The notes beneath the pieces were generated by a model, which was given only the letters and a program-made list of their open reading frames with translations, was not told where the DNA came from and ran no database searches. Shown here piece by piece: positions 39,947 to 52,011 of a DNA stretch of 64,000 nt. The position numbers and the translations under genes are program-made. Every line of letters starts with the position of its first letter. The stretch's first letter is position 1. Source of the stretch: Ptychomitrium polyphyllum (lineage: Eukaryota); contig OZ316775.1 in the NCBI GenBank assembly GCA_973851085.1, positions 5,022,001 to 5,086,000 on the forward strand, written 5' to 3'.

Positions 39947-42870
39947 ATGAGGGCTGGAATCGCAGCCGGCAGAGCTCTTCTCAGCTCTCTGCATCGCGTT
40001 TCCCACAACCCGCAATTAGTCAAGAGTTCGTTCTCGTCGTCCTCCCTAAGTTTGGTTTCCAAGTTCTCGTCGTCGATTGCGCCGGTTTTCAGGAAAGAGC
40101 ATTATGGAATGGAATCTGGATTGTCATCGTCACTTTGGTCGCAATGCGCTGCCCCATTTGCCTTGCAAGTTGTGATGGATGGGCATCGGCGATTGCCCTC
40201 CGGCTTCTCTGTGAGCGGCCTTGAGCGAACGCCAATGGGCTGTTTTAGGCCAAGGGCGCAGAATCATGTAATCCTTGAACCCAATTCTTTCACTGCAATG
40301 TTGTAGACGTTTGCGATGCACAAGGAGTATATTTAGGGTTTTAGAGTGGACTGCCTGTAATGAAGTGACGAGGAATCGGAATCTGTCGAGGAATGTGTGG
40401 GATATGCAATGCTCTCGACGTAAATATGGACCAGTTAGAATTTGAGCAGAACGAATGAAGAAGTATGTAAACAAGTTGCAAATCGAGCCGGCAACTTTGG
40501 ATTGAAGTGGAGAGTTTCAGTTTCTTTGAATGGTAACATTCGTCGTAATTGCAATTGCAAAAGATAAATGTGTGCTGCACATGTTCAATTTATGGCAGAT
40601 GCTCAATTTGCTAAGGCCTTAACCATGAAATTTTGGCCTCTGAATGTCTGGACAACGTTCCCCATGCCTGTAACTGATTTTTTCTCTGGTTCTTTAGGTC
40701 TTTTTTCAGGGCCTTGCTACGCAGACTTCAACACAGATACCGACACAGACGCCAACACGAACACCATTAGACGCTAAAGCTTCTTCGGAAACCAAAGCAT
40801 CATCGGCCAACAAATCGTCATTGCCACCACCGCCCCCACTGCCCCAAACTGGCATTGTATGGCTTAATGTCATTATTAGTCAGTTGTTTACTACATTATG
40901 TATTTCTAGGGTTCACGCGTCGTGTACTTAAAACTTTGAGGTGGGTTCAAATCAACATGCAGTTGTCACAAGGGTGGCAGCCCTGTCTCAATTTCTTTAC
41001 TCTTGATTTGTACGGTCACTTTTCGTAGGCCACTTTGTTGGACGCACTGGCCATGCCCAGGGATCATTCCGAGATATTTACATCTGAGTATGGGGTTACC
41101 ATTAGAACTAACATTTACTTATTGCATTGATCTTAAATGTAGGATACCCATAACTTCGGCTTTGTGCGGTAAAGTGAACTTCACTGGTGACGTGCAGGGC
41201 AAGACGGAAGAGAAACCTGAAATAAAGAAGTCAGGAATTGTGAAGCAAATGTTATTGGATTTTGGAGCTGTTCCTTTCCCAGCACTGGTTCTAGGAATAG
41301 CAGGACTTATTCCGTTCGTTGCATTAGCTCCTCCTCTGGCACAAATGCTTCCATTACCTGTAAGCTTTACTAATCATTTTCAGTTTCAATTGATAGCTTA
41401 GAAAAAGTTCAAGTCCTCTTAGAATCTGCTGCGGTTAGTAGTTTATTGGTAGGTATGTACTGAATCGGTTAGTGTTAGGCTTTCTTCTCATGTAGGGAAT
41501 TAGGAGAAAACAGACTAATGTGGAGACGAATTCTTGCAGCACATTTTGGCTGCTGGTCATGCTCATGCACAGGCAGCTTATGGAGCGTCTATTATTTCAT
41601 TTCTTGGTGCAATCCATTGGGGTTTGGCTATGGCTGATTATGCAGGTTATCATGGCCCCCTTAATGAAGGATTCGAGATTTTATCTACATCTTCCCAGTT
41701 TTTTCATGGAATATACATTAGTAAAAACGTTGATTTCACTCCTTTCCTGTGGGTTGCAGCTCCAGGCAAAGGTGGAGTTGCAAATATGACGTTAATGACA
41801 TTAAGGTGAGTTTGAGTTTTCTTATAGTTTTCAGATCTGAGTTGTCTTTATCCACACTAGCTTTGCGTACATTTAAAAGTAAGTAGTTGTGAGCTTTGTA
41901 TGGCTTGACATGGCTTTTCAGTGTAGATAATAGTTTAAGCTGATGAAATACTCATCTATTTCTTATGTGTATGATTTGCACTTGCTTTTGAATCTACTTA
42001 TATTGAATGTGTGTTTCTGAAAGATTACAACAATCTTTTTATGATGTATGTGTGAGCAATAGATAACCTGACAATTGTTTCTGTGAAACAGATACGTTTG
42101 GAGTGTAGTGCCTTCTCTAATGGCATGGACAGCTCTACTTCTGCCTTCAACAACCAAATTTGCTGTTCTTATTTTTTCCCTTTGGATGGTAGGCCGTTCA
42201 TATTTTCAAGTTGTACTATTACGATTGCTACAAGTTTGAAATCCCCTCACTGTTAATGTTAAACTGTTAGTCAAATGATTAATCTGACATTTTGTTTCAT
42301 TGATCTATGAGTTTTTACTTAAGTTCTCAGTTTTAGAGTCTTTGCTTCTAATGCAGCCTATGCAGAATATATCTGTGAATTCAAGATAAGTCGAAATTGA
42401 AGTATGTTTACTTTAGTTTACTTATTCAAAACTAGAGCCATATTATTAAAGACTGGTAGGACGTGGCGTTCAACTGATGTCATCTACTACTAAGAGCTTC
42501 ACACTCCATTACTTACCTTTGATTGAAGATGCCCATTTTTTTTTTTTTGTGAAGGTGCTGGGCGTGGATTTCCTCTTCGCAAGGTTGAAGTTGGTGCCAT
42601 ACTGGTATATCTCATTTAATATCTACTCTTGCACCGTGATTTCAGAGATTGAAAGATAAATAGTTCGTGAATCTTTTGCAGCTCTCGACGTTTCTTTACA
42701 GTGAAAGATTTGACGTCGTTCAAGTTTTATCATTTGTCTTTTTGGCAGAAAACTTATATGAACATACTGATTCTTCTCACAGGTTCTTGTCCCTGAGGTG
42801 GCCCCTGACATTTGTTGCCACCTTGAGCATGATACCTTCAATGTTGACCGCAGTATCGTATGTCTTTTGA
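39947..42870 (+). CDS. DUF3429/TMEM69-like membrane protein with a probable mitochondrial presequence. Exons 39947-40267, 40710-40856, 41198-41359, 41540-41645, 41760-41805, 42092-42188, 42555-42604, 42783-42870
   Basis: ALVLGIAGLIPF, YGASIISFLGAIHWG, YVWSVVPSLMAW and PYWFLSLRWPLT match DUF3429 motifs. Arg/Ser-rich N-terminus. The first two exons are less certain. Confidence 0.85.
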
Positions 42871-44706
42871 AATATCAGATGAGTAGCCTCCTTTGGCGGC
42901 CCCTATGTTCGAAACAATGTGCATGAACAGACGAAGGATAAAGACCTCTTGAGATAACTTAATATACGCGTCTTGGGTTTCTGTAGGCCAGGGATTTTAC
43001 CTAGGTGAGATAGATGCTTGTTGCATAAAATGGAAACTTGAGTATAAAAGTAGTCATTACATTGTTACGATTAGCTTCGTGAGTAGATGGTAATATGATG
43101 TGCATTCGATTACTAGAAACAAGTGCTCTGTCAAGGACAGGATCGTGCGGCAGTGGGTCTTTCTGTGCAGTAGGTTAATTTCTTCTACAATTTGAGGATC
43201 CGTTCCTGCTTTTACTTGCAATCTGAAGTGATCTTCTTTTATGCTTACTGTTAATCCTGCTTGTAAGGAGTGTCCAGGTTGCACTTTTAATTCAGTTACT
43301 GATTGTTTGTGCTTTATCTAGAGTGTAAAATTCAGTGAGTAGATTATTCAATTTGTCGCCAATGCAAATTTGCCAAGAAATATCATTCCTATTTGACGAT
43401 CGGAATCATAAGCAATGAAAACTCTCACTCACATTTGCATTCCGTTGTCACAGGAGTCGTTGCTATTGCAGCTGATGCTGTCTGTTGTAAAAGAGTCGTT
43501 TGCTGCGACTAGTCATTGCATCATAGTGTGTGTGATGGATACCCAAAGCATGCATAACCGGAGATGGCTCACTAATCCTTTGAGATCCTTATATTCCTTC
43601 GAGATACCTGAACTGTACTCCAGGTGCCAGCTCAGAAGTAAAATAATGTGTCAAGTAGCTACAGTTCTTGCCTACCGATTTGCCGTCGTTTTCGGGAAGG
43701 TCAGTTTGAACTCCATGATGCAAATATTTGTTTCGCTGAACCATTACTAGCGTGGTTTCTGACTCAGCTTCACGGTGAGTTTCCTAGATCTCTTCTAGCT
43801 CTTTGTCTGCATCTTTCTTTGCCTTCGTCGTCACCTCAAATGACGAGAACCTTGCAAGGATCGCACGTTTCTCCTGAAGTGGACGACGTTACATCGTGCT
43901 TCTCACTGAGATGGCGCTCGCATAATGCGTCTGGATATATCTCGGACTTGTCGAGTGACAGTGTGCGCAGCTGAGGTACGTGTTCTCTTTTAATCCTTTC
44001 TTAACCATTCGGTGTTTTACCGACATTCATATTACGTGCTGAAGGAAGCCGCGGCCACCATCATCGGAAATGCTGGGCTGCTCTCTCCCATCACGTTAGA
44101 ATAAAGCGTGAGAAAGATTTTTGAGAGAATTTGTCTATTGGAGTGCTCAGATTACCCAAACCCGAGGAGTGATTTTGATCTGTCTGTAATCATCATTGCG
44201 GAGCTCTAGTTGCGTTACCGAAACTGGATGTTAGCTTTAGGTCTTGCCTTCAAGCAGGGCGTGGAATTTGAAGTGCAGGAGTAAAATTTCAGCTGTTTCG
44301 AAGTTTTACTGGTAAATTGATTTCAGAAAAATTCCAGTTGACCTACATAGGTGATTTTATGCTCCTAGGATGTAGGCCAAATGCAATTTGCTTTCTGTGT
44401 TTTATGCTTTGGAGATTGGACATATTGTGTCGTCCAGGTACTAGGGTTATTTGATATGGTAAACGTTGGAGAACCACCCTGCTTCAGATCATTAAAATTA
44501 GCGTCATCTTCACAGGTGCTTGCTTTTTTTTCACCTTGAACGTTGTCCCTGCTACTTTGCTTCGGTTAACCTAGATATAGTCTAAAAGAGGATAGTGTAG
44601 ATAAACTGGCATTGCACGTGTCATCGAAGTGCCGAAGGTTACAATTGACTAAGGTTGTTCTTGCGGTTGGGAAACCTCAGGTACAGTAGATCGTGAACTT
44701 GGCAAA

Positions 44707-47143
44707 ATGTCAGGACTTGAGGTGATCGGTCCGGCCGTGCAACTTGGGAAGGTTCTGTATAATCTCAAGTGCAAGTATGATCAACAAAACGAGAATCAGC
44801 GTGAAATCGATGAGGTGTAGATTTTCATTGAACAATTGGAGGCGCAACTTCCAAGCCTCCGACGCAGTTTCAGGCAATGCAAGGGCAACCCCGCGGGAGA
44901 CGCTGCTCTGAAGCAGTTGGAAATCCAAATGACCAATGCCACAAGGACAATACAGAGGTGGTGCACAAGCACGTCAAATTTCTTCACTATGCTCACGTCG
45001 CCTCAGAGGCTGAAAGAGATTCAGAAACTGCACCGGAGTCTAATGAGCGCCATGCAGAAATATCTCAGTATCGCAAGCATATCAGTGCTTCTGGACATCC
45101 GCATAGATCAAATGAACATGCATGGAGATCTCACCTCAGATTTGAAGGCTCTCCTCATCAGTTTCATGACTGACATGTCCCAAACTGTGGCCAACGAGGT
45201 CCGCATTGCAGCCTCAGAAGCCAGTCGCGCTTCATATGCAGATGAGAAGTTTTGGGCTGATGTTTTGGGTGCTTTGGAGAGCAACGACGTGAAGAATACT
45301 TCTACTGCAGTGCCGCTTGGAGAAGATCAAGGCATGCCAGACAGGTTTCTTGACCCTATACTGGCAGATGTAATGGTAGATCCAATCCTTGCAATCAATG
45401 GCATTACTTACTGTCGATGGACTATCCTGGATAATAACATGACCGTAGATCCTCACAAATCCGAATGACAAGTTGACCATTTTGGGAGACAATGTGAGTT
45501 TGAGGAGTGAGTTATTTGAAAGGTTTCCTGACCTGTCCAACAAGTTTCGACGACGACGTAACGATTACAGGAGTTAGGCATTGTCTCTGTCAACTCGAGG
45601 GCGGCTGGCTGATGCCATGGTTGCTTTGCAACATGTTCTTCGATGGAACAAGAAGGACACGGAGTGCCTGGCTGCTCTTGCTCAAGTGCAAACAAAGTTG
45701 AAGAATGTGATGTCCCAGCAAGCCCAACTATCCTCGACAAACAAAGCAGCAGGTCCTCCGATTGTCGTACCGAAAACGGACTGTGTTGTCCCTCATTCGT
45801 CTACGTCGAGCTCTGTGATTACGGCTCAGGTGCGTTGAAGCTTATGCTATCCCAAGTTTCGAGGGCTATGCATAGATTTGGAGATTCCGTCTTAAGATAT
45901 ACAAAGTCGCCTCGTAGTGTTGTCTGACATCAGGTCTTCTATATCGCCTGCAGGAATTTGGGGTGCAGAAACCTCTAACTGCTACAAAGAGCATCGCTGA
46001 TACTAAGTCCCTCTATAACTTGGCTGCATCAAGCTCAGTGGCTGCTAGGCAGGTACTAAAGCCGGCTTCTACAAATATTGGAACAAAACAACGATAGGAC
46101 TAACGGAGCGTACTCATCCGCTTCTCAAGTTTCACGAACCAAGTTAGTTTCTGGTTATTTCATATGTAAGTCCTAAGTTAGCATGTTATTCATCTTTTGA
46201 TTGTATACCTCGCAGAAATTGCAAGGATCTGGAGGCAAGAGCATGATCAACCGTCCGCCACCACGAAGACCACCTCCATTGCCTCAATCCCATCAAATTC
46301 CACCCAAAACGAAACCTGAAAGAAGGCTTGCTCGTCCCCCTTTACGGCTGTATACAGGGGGCACTATACAAGACCATCAAACAAACCTGGACCAAGAAAG
46401 TCTAAGCTTGCAAAGAGAAAGAGATGCCAGATCTCAAAGCTCTCAAGATTCTGAGGAGGAATATACCAACTCCTGTTCAGCGAAGACGGCAATGCTCTGT
46501 TAGCCCAGTTCCTTCTTGTAAGGAGTTTTCAAGGTCTGATACTTATCCTGGACCAAGAGAAGCTCAACATTTACAGTGACATGTGGAAGAGTCATCATCT
46601 AGTCTTGCAGATCTAGAATCTAAAGCTAGCGGCCCAAGTAAGTGGAAGGTTGGCTTAAGGACGAATCTTGCTGTAGCAGACAGGTTAGCAGGCGCCTTAG
46701 TTCTGAGTCCTGTAGGACCTGTAAGAGCGTACAAAGAAGTACAAAAATTACACAAGCAGATAAAAGACAGTGAAAAGAAAGAAAGCGGTGGAACGATGAA
46801 GGGAGCTTCAGCTGATGTTTATACTTCTGGTGGTGGGTACTGTGAGAAAGAGGGTTACGCAGACCCTGAGTATGGAGGTCAAGTGTGGGATGGCAGCGGC
46901 TACATGGTAGATGGTTATAGAAGCAAGAGTTATGAAACTAACCATTATCAAGGTTATGAAGATTACGTTGATGATCAAGCTCTGGCACTGGCAGCTTCAT
47001 ATTCCGACTACTGTGAGGAAGATTACAATCAAGATGTCCAAGAAGACCACAGCAATTCTGCACAACAGTTTGCGTACTCTAGTTGTACTTCTGAGGAGGC
47101 TCTCCGTCGTCACTTAGCTAGGCTTTCAGCTAGAAAGCGTTAG
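44707..47143 (+). pseudogene. Disabled gene: helical (HeLo/MLKL-like) N-terminus + U-box + TPR-like motif + low-complexity tail. Exons about 44707-45829, 45954-46052, 46216-47143
   Basis: In-frame TAG at 44818, +1 frameshift near 45457, TAG at 45575, +1 frameshift within about 46405-46500 and TGA at 46577. U-box-like segment PDRFLDPILADVMVDPILAINGITYCRWTI...DP...L..NVSLR. Splice sites are intact. Confidence 0.7.
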
Positions 47144-47577
47144 TAAGAGAGATAATCTAAAGGCCGAAAATAAGACCTATAGGAGCTTTTTGATATTTTA
47201 AGCCATAACAGAAGCTGTACTTCCAAGTTTTCTATCAAATCAACCATACAACCTAGTAATACCGTGGATATATCCATCCCTGACTCTAGCAGACTTGATG
47301 CATTAGGAAACCACCGGGTTTGGTCGCTTAGGATAAGTGCATCTTGGAGAGAAATAGGATCTAATTTATTGTATAAATCCAGTCTCGAAATGCTAGCAAC
47401 GCAGAAATGGATGGTACAGAGCTAGCCCTATCTGCTATTAAGTATTCAGTCAAGGATCCTGTATTCACCATAGTTAGCAGGCTCAACGACCATTATGAGT
47501 GCTGACAACACTTACAGGAACGTTATAAACCCAAGTCTGTGTCAAGGAGACTGATGTTGTACAAATTGATTTGTTCC

Positions 47578-47713
47578 AGGAAGAGTCAGTTGATGGAGCA
47601 ATATCTGAAGGATGCTAAGGACTTGTCGACCAGCTGCATGACAACGTCGGAGCAGCTGGTCGAATATGTTCTTAGCATCCTTCAAGTATTGCTCCATCGT
47701 CTAACTCTCCTCC
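47578..47713. ncRNA. Long imperfect inverted repeat, candidate small-RNA hairpin
   Basis: The left arm 47578-47637 pairs with the right arm 47652-47713 over about 60 bp (GATGGAGCAATA/TATTGCTCCATC, TGAAGGATGCTAAG/CTTAGCATCCTTCA, TCGACCAGCTGC/GCAGCTGGTCGA). The spacer is 14 nt. Confidence 0.6.
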
Positions 47714-47749
47714 TTAGAACCAAACTTCTATTCGCAATTCGTCATCCTG

Positions 47750-48920
47750 TGAATTATCATGGTCTGCCTGGGAACGAGATTATGGTTGGAAAGGTGAGTT
47801 TGTTGATCTTTGAAATTTGGTTATAGCGTTTGAACTAAAGCAAAGATAGTTGGCAATGGCCGTTGTACTACGTCGAACATTAGTTATACAGGCATTGGGT
47901 ATTGATCATGTTGTTTGAGGAAACTATTAGTTTTGAGTCCAAGCTTTGAAGGGCATTCGGGAGAAGGTACAGATTGCGACGAAATGTGCAAACTGTGTCA
48001 ATAAGAATGGGCAGTGGGATGTTTGAAGGGATCTAGAATGTGTGAAGGCATATTGCGAGGCGGGTTTGAAGAGGCTGGACGTGGACTGCATCGACCTGTA
48101 CTACCAGCACTAGATGGACAGTAAGGTGCTCATCGAAGTCACAGGAAGGAAACATCCAGTACATTGAGTTAATTAGGAGCTTCGGAGATAGTTTGTGTGA
48201 TGTTGCACCGCAGCCAATCTGGTTGTAGCATTTGATTAATTGCGACCATGGCTGATACGCAATGTGTACATTGTTTTGGTGAGGACAGGTGCAAGCCATG
48301 AAGGATTGATGGATGCAGGGAAGGTGAAATATCATGGGCTCTCCGAAGCCAATGCCGTCGATGCTAACCGCGTACACGCCGTGCATCCGAGCACAGCGGT
48401 GCAGGTGGAGTACTCATTCTAAAACCGCGACATCGAGGAAGACATCATTCCCACCTGCAGGTGTGTACGTGAGAGAGATTGCTTCACATAACTTAAATTT
48501 GCGTTCCTTAGGGAGAAGAGATTGCGGCGGCCCAGAAGTGCTTGAATTGGTTCATGTTTCTTTTGAGCATACGTAGCTCTATAAAAATGCTTGTCGATAG
48601 AATAATATGTTAAAGCATGTGGCTAAGAATCATGGAAGTTACAATCAATTTAGCGTCCCTTAAGCCTCACTTGTGCATTAAGCTTCCCTATTATCGTCAC
48701 TCTTAGTACAGACTGAGTGCATTCCAGGACTGACGGTGCTGGCCATGTTTCAGGGATGACGAAGATCATTAATTTGGATTTAAAAAGAGTCGCTGAACGC
48801 TTCATTGACTAAGGAAGAGATAGAGAAGCTTGAAGCCGCCTGCCTGTCCACGAGATTGCTGGGGAACATTACATGGAGGGTGTAAGGGAAAATATCAGGC
48901 TTTATGTGATTAGGCCTCCT
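47750..48920 (+). pseudogene. Aldo-keto reductase pseudogene (plant auxin-induced/perakine-reductase-like type), fragmentary
   Basis: NEIMVGK, LKGIREKVQIATK, LKRLDVDCIDLYYQH* (TAG at 48111), GKVKYHGLSEA...[27 protein letters not shown] (TAA at 48420) and LTKEEIEKLE. Also frameshifts, a lost donor site and missing middle exons. Confidence 0.88.
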
Positions 48921-50760
48921 CGTGAATCATGGAAATCAACTTCACTTAGGGAATAATTGCCGAAAATTATCATTTTGGGTCGTGGTGAACTTTGAGAATA
49001 TTATCTTGATGTCCTTCGAAATACATGTGTTAGTACTGGTGATCCAACTCAGGAGCAGTCAGAACAAACTTTCTATGAGGCAATATGTGTTGAGTTTTTG
49101 CAACAGAAATGTTATACATATCGAGACCAAGTAGGGGGGGTTAGAAAGCTCGTTTACTTGAAAGTTGAAACACATATCTTTTATGCATTGATCTGCATCC
49201 TAAATGTGTTTTTATTTGCGTATGGGGTCGTAGCTCTGTGATGCTGTCTCCAGCACAACCAGAATTCTTAAACGAGGGTTTTGCTTTGATTCTCCACATC
49301 ATGTACGCACATGCTTGCAAGGTGGATTTGAAACGATTGCATAACATCCTTTAGCAATTGCAACTGGTCATCTTGATAAGGCAATGAACCCCCTTTTATT
49401 GTTAGTTTCATCTAATGTAGAACTACATTTGGTATGAGGTTTCCACTGTTAAAGTATGTTGCGTGCTTCGATCGGGTTCCTCAACTTTTGTGTTCAAAAT
49501 CTGCATGTATTGGATACACATATAGAATTTGTACGCACGAAGTCGATTGCTCCTTCCACAGTACAACACAGATCTGAAGAGCGGAAATGCAATCTGAGCT
49601 CGCCTGCCTTTCTGATGGCAAATATCATGCAAGCACGAGTTTGACTCAGTAAAAATACAAGAAACTGTAGTGGCTCGACCACAAATTGGGCTCGTGAGTT
49701 TTAACCATCAACAGCACAAATATGATCATCAAATCCAAAGAGACGAACTTCAACACCTTTGGTGCATTACAAGGCACACCATCAATGCTTGCGAGTAATT
49801 GAAGTGGACAAACAATGACGATATATCGACCCCTTTACGTTACTACTTTACAAATACAAGGACTCTATGTCAAAGCATACTGTACAATGCTTTACAATAA
49901 CTACAATAACTACACTGGTAATGCTGTCGAGGAAGATGCCTCTTATGAGTTTCCGGCAAAATTGATCTGCAGTTCAGCAGTAACCATGCACAACTATCAG
50001 GACAAATCGAAACAAGATAGTCAGGGATTTCGGAACCTAAGTCCAGATAGTTTTATTCATTCTATGTACACCAATATCTTCATATTTTGAAAATTAGCTG
50101 GAGATCAAGAGCATTAGAAAGAGTGCGAGCAGAGAATTGACTACTCCAACACCACGATTTGAACAAAGGTGGATAAGAACCTTTCCTTACTATCAGATAT
50201 ATGACTTCTGCACAAGACACTAAATAATCTTTACTGAAATTACCTTACAGGTCACCCAATACAGCTCACATATACACAACAATCAAACTTCAAAATTTGA
50301 GTTTGCAAGGCATGAGATTCACCTAGCACTACAGCATCGATGAGATTGGTAGAGTCGCACAGCTTCATAGACGACGTGTAAACCAAAATTTGCATGAGTT
50401 CTTAGCTCGCATGATGGATGCAAAATCGAGTTTGCCCCTTCACCAGCGAATCTTAAAAACCCAGTAACTGATGATTTCTCATATGCATCAATCCTGTCCA
50501 ACAATGATACAACCATGTCACAGTTGTAACTTGAAACTCAAACATTCCAGAAGCATTACCGCTCAGACAATTCAACTGAAATCGATACTAATAGCTATCT
50601 TTCAATAACCCCAGACTGCGACACTACCCAATTGGACATAAGAGAGTGATCGCTAGACTGAGACACTCACCAAATAGGCGTAGAGGTGAAAGCCTGACAA
50701 AGCCGGAGGGTGCAAGACGGTGGTCGAAGGAAGACCAGTAGCAACAGCAGAGATGCACAG

Positions 50761-52011
50761 CTACTGCATAACAACTTGACTGGAAATCTTCTCGCGGTCA
50801 TGAGACTCCAAAAGAGCCCGGGAGTCCGCTACTCGCGGCAGTGCAGGACTGATCCCGCCAGGATTCAAAGGAAACAAAACCTTGTAGTATCCATACATGA
50901 TCGCATCCATGTCGCAAGTCGATGCAACGCCAGGAATCTGATAGATATCCCGCATGTACCCCTGCAAATGCCGATATTCCGCGAGCTTCTGCTTGGAGCA
51001 CTTGAACAAAACCTGGTACACAGGGTCGAACCGAAACAGCGTGGTGAAGAGTCTCACATCCGCTAACGTGAAAACATCCCCACAAAGATACCGCGAGGTC
51101 GCCAGATGTGCCTCCACCTTGTCCAACGCGTTGAATAAACTCTCCACTGCCAGATTGTAAGCCTCCTGCGACTGCGCAAACCCGCACCTATAGACGCCAT
51201 TGTTGATATTCGGGTAGATGACATCATTCCAAGATGCAATCTCGCTCTTGAGATGCGTGGGCGAGAGGTCGAGCTCAGAGTTGCAAGCCAGGTGGTTGAA
51301 ATCCGAATTCAGAATCTCGATAATATCTGCGCTCTCGTTGTTCACCACTCGATTCTGGGCTGCATCCCATAACATCGGCACCGTAGATCGACCACTGTAA
51401 CCCCCGGTCTGGGACTTGTATACATCCATCACACGCTTGAGTCCCTTCGCTCTATCCAAGGTGGGTTTCAAATGAGACGCTTCCGTTGTGCCGCTACGTT
51501 GTCCGCCCACAAATTCCCACAAGCCAGTGGCGCCGGGAACAGCAACCGAGACCGGAACCGCATCGCCCAGCCCCTTGAGACTGTGCACAATAGCTGTCCT
51601 GTGTGCCCAAGGGCAGGCCATGGCGACGTAGAGATGGAACTGCCCGGGCTTCGCAGAGGACGACAGGGGGCGATTGCGGAACTGGCTGGTGGGTCGGTTG
51701 TATCCTCTCGTATCGGTGGGAGGCGCCAGCTGCGCCATCATGGTCTGCCACCCCGTCGTCCAAACCTCCTTCACCACGGACACTAGCGCCCCTGGCGGCA
51801 AGCTCCGCCCCCACACGCGCTGCCCCAGAGACTTCACCACACCCGCTGGAGTACTCCAACCGCTCCCTCCATCGTCCTCCATCCCACAGGAGATTCTCGT
51901 TCGAATCCTCTTCTGCTGCGTCACAGGCTTGTGGCTACAACCTCTGGACGCCCCTGGCGACGGTAAGAATGTCGTTATCAGGCATGCCGAGGCAGTTATG
52001 AGAGAACCCAT
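50761..52011 (-). CDS. Glutathionyl-hydroquinone reductase (Xi-class GST, YqjG/ECM4-like), plastid-targeted, intronless, 416 aa
   Basis: LYVAMACPWAHRT active site, GRSTVPMLWD, VVNNESADI, INNGVYRCGFA, TLADVRLFTTLFRFDPVY and LNPGGI. N-terminal extension resembles a transit peptide. Confidence 0.93.
   Translation of the reverse strand: MGSLITASACLITTFLPSPGASRGCSHKPVTQQKRIRTRISCGMEDDGGSGWSTPAGVVKSLGQRVWGRSLPPGALVSVVKEVWTTGWQTMMAQLAPPTDTRGYNRPTSQFRNRPLSSSAKPGQFHLYVAMACPWAHRTAIVHSLKGLGDAVPVSVAVPGATGLWEFVGGQRSGTTEASHLKPTLDRAKGLKRVMDVYKSQTGGYSGRSTVPMLWDAAQNRVVNNESADIIEILNSDFNHLACNSELDLSPTHLKSEIASWNDVIYPNINNGVYRCGFAQSQEAYNLAVESLFNALDKVEAHLATSRYLCGDVFTLADVRLFTTLFRFDPVYQVLFKCSKQKLAEYRHLQGYMRDIYQIPGVASTCDMDAIMYGYYKVLFPLNPGGISPALPRVADSRALLESHDREKISSQVVMQ

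Noticed and set aside
44818..46579. In-frame TAG/TGA as stop read-through or U-to-C editing sites
   Set aside because: The locus is nuclear and also has two frameshifts, so pseudogenisation is the simpler explanation.
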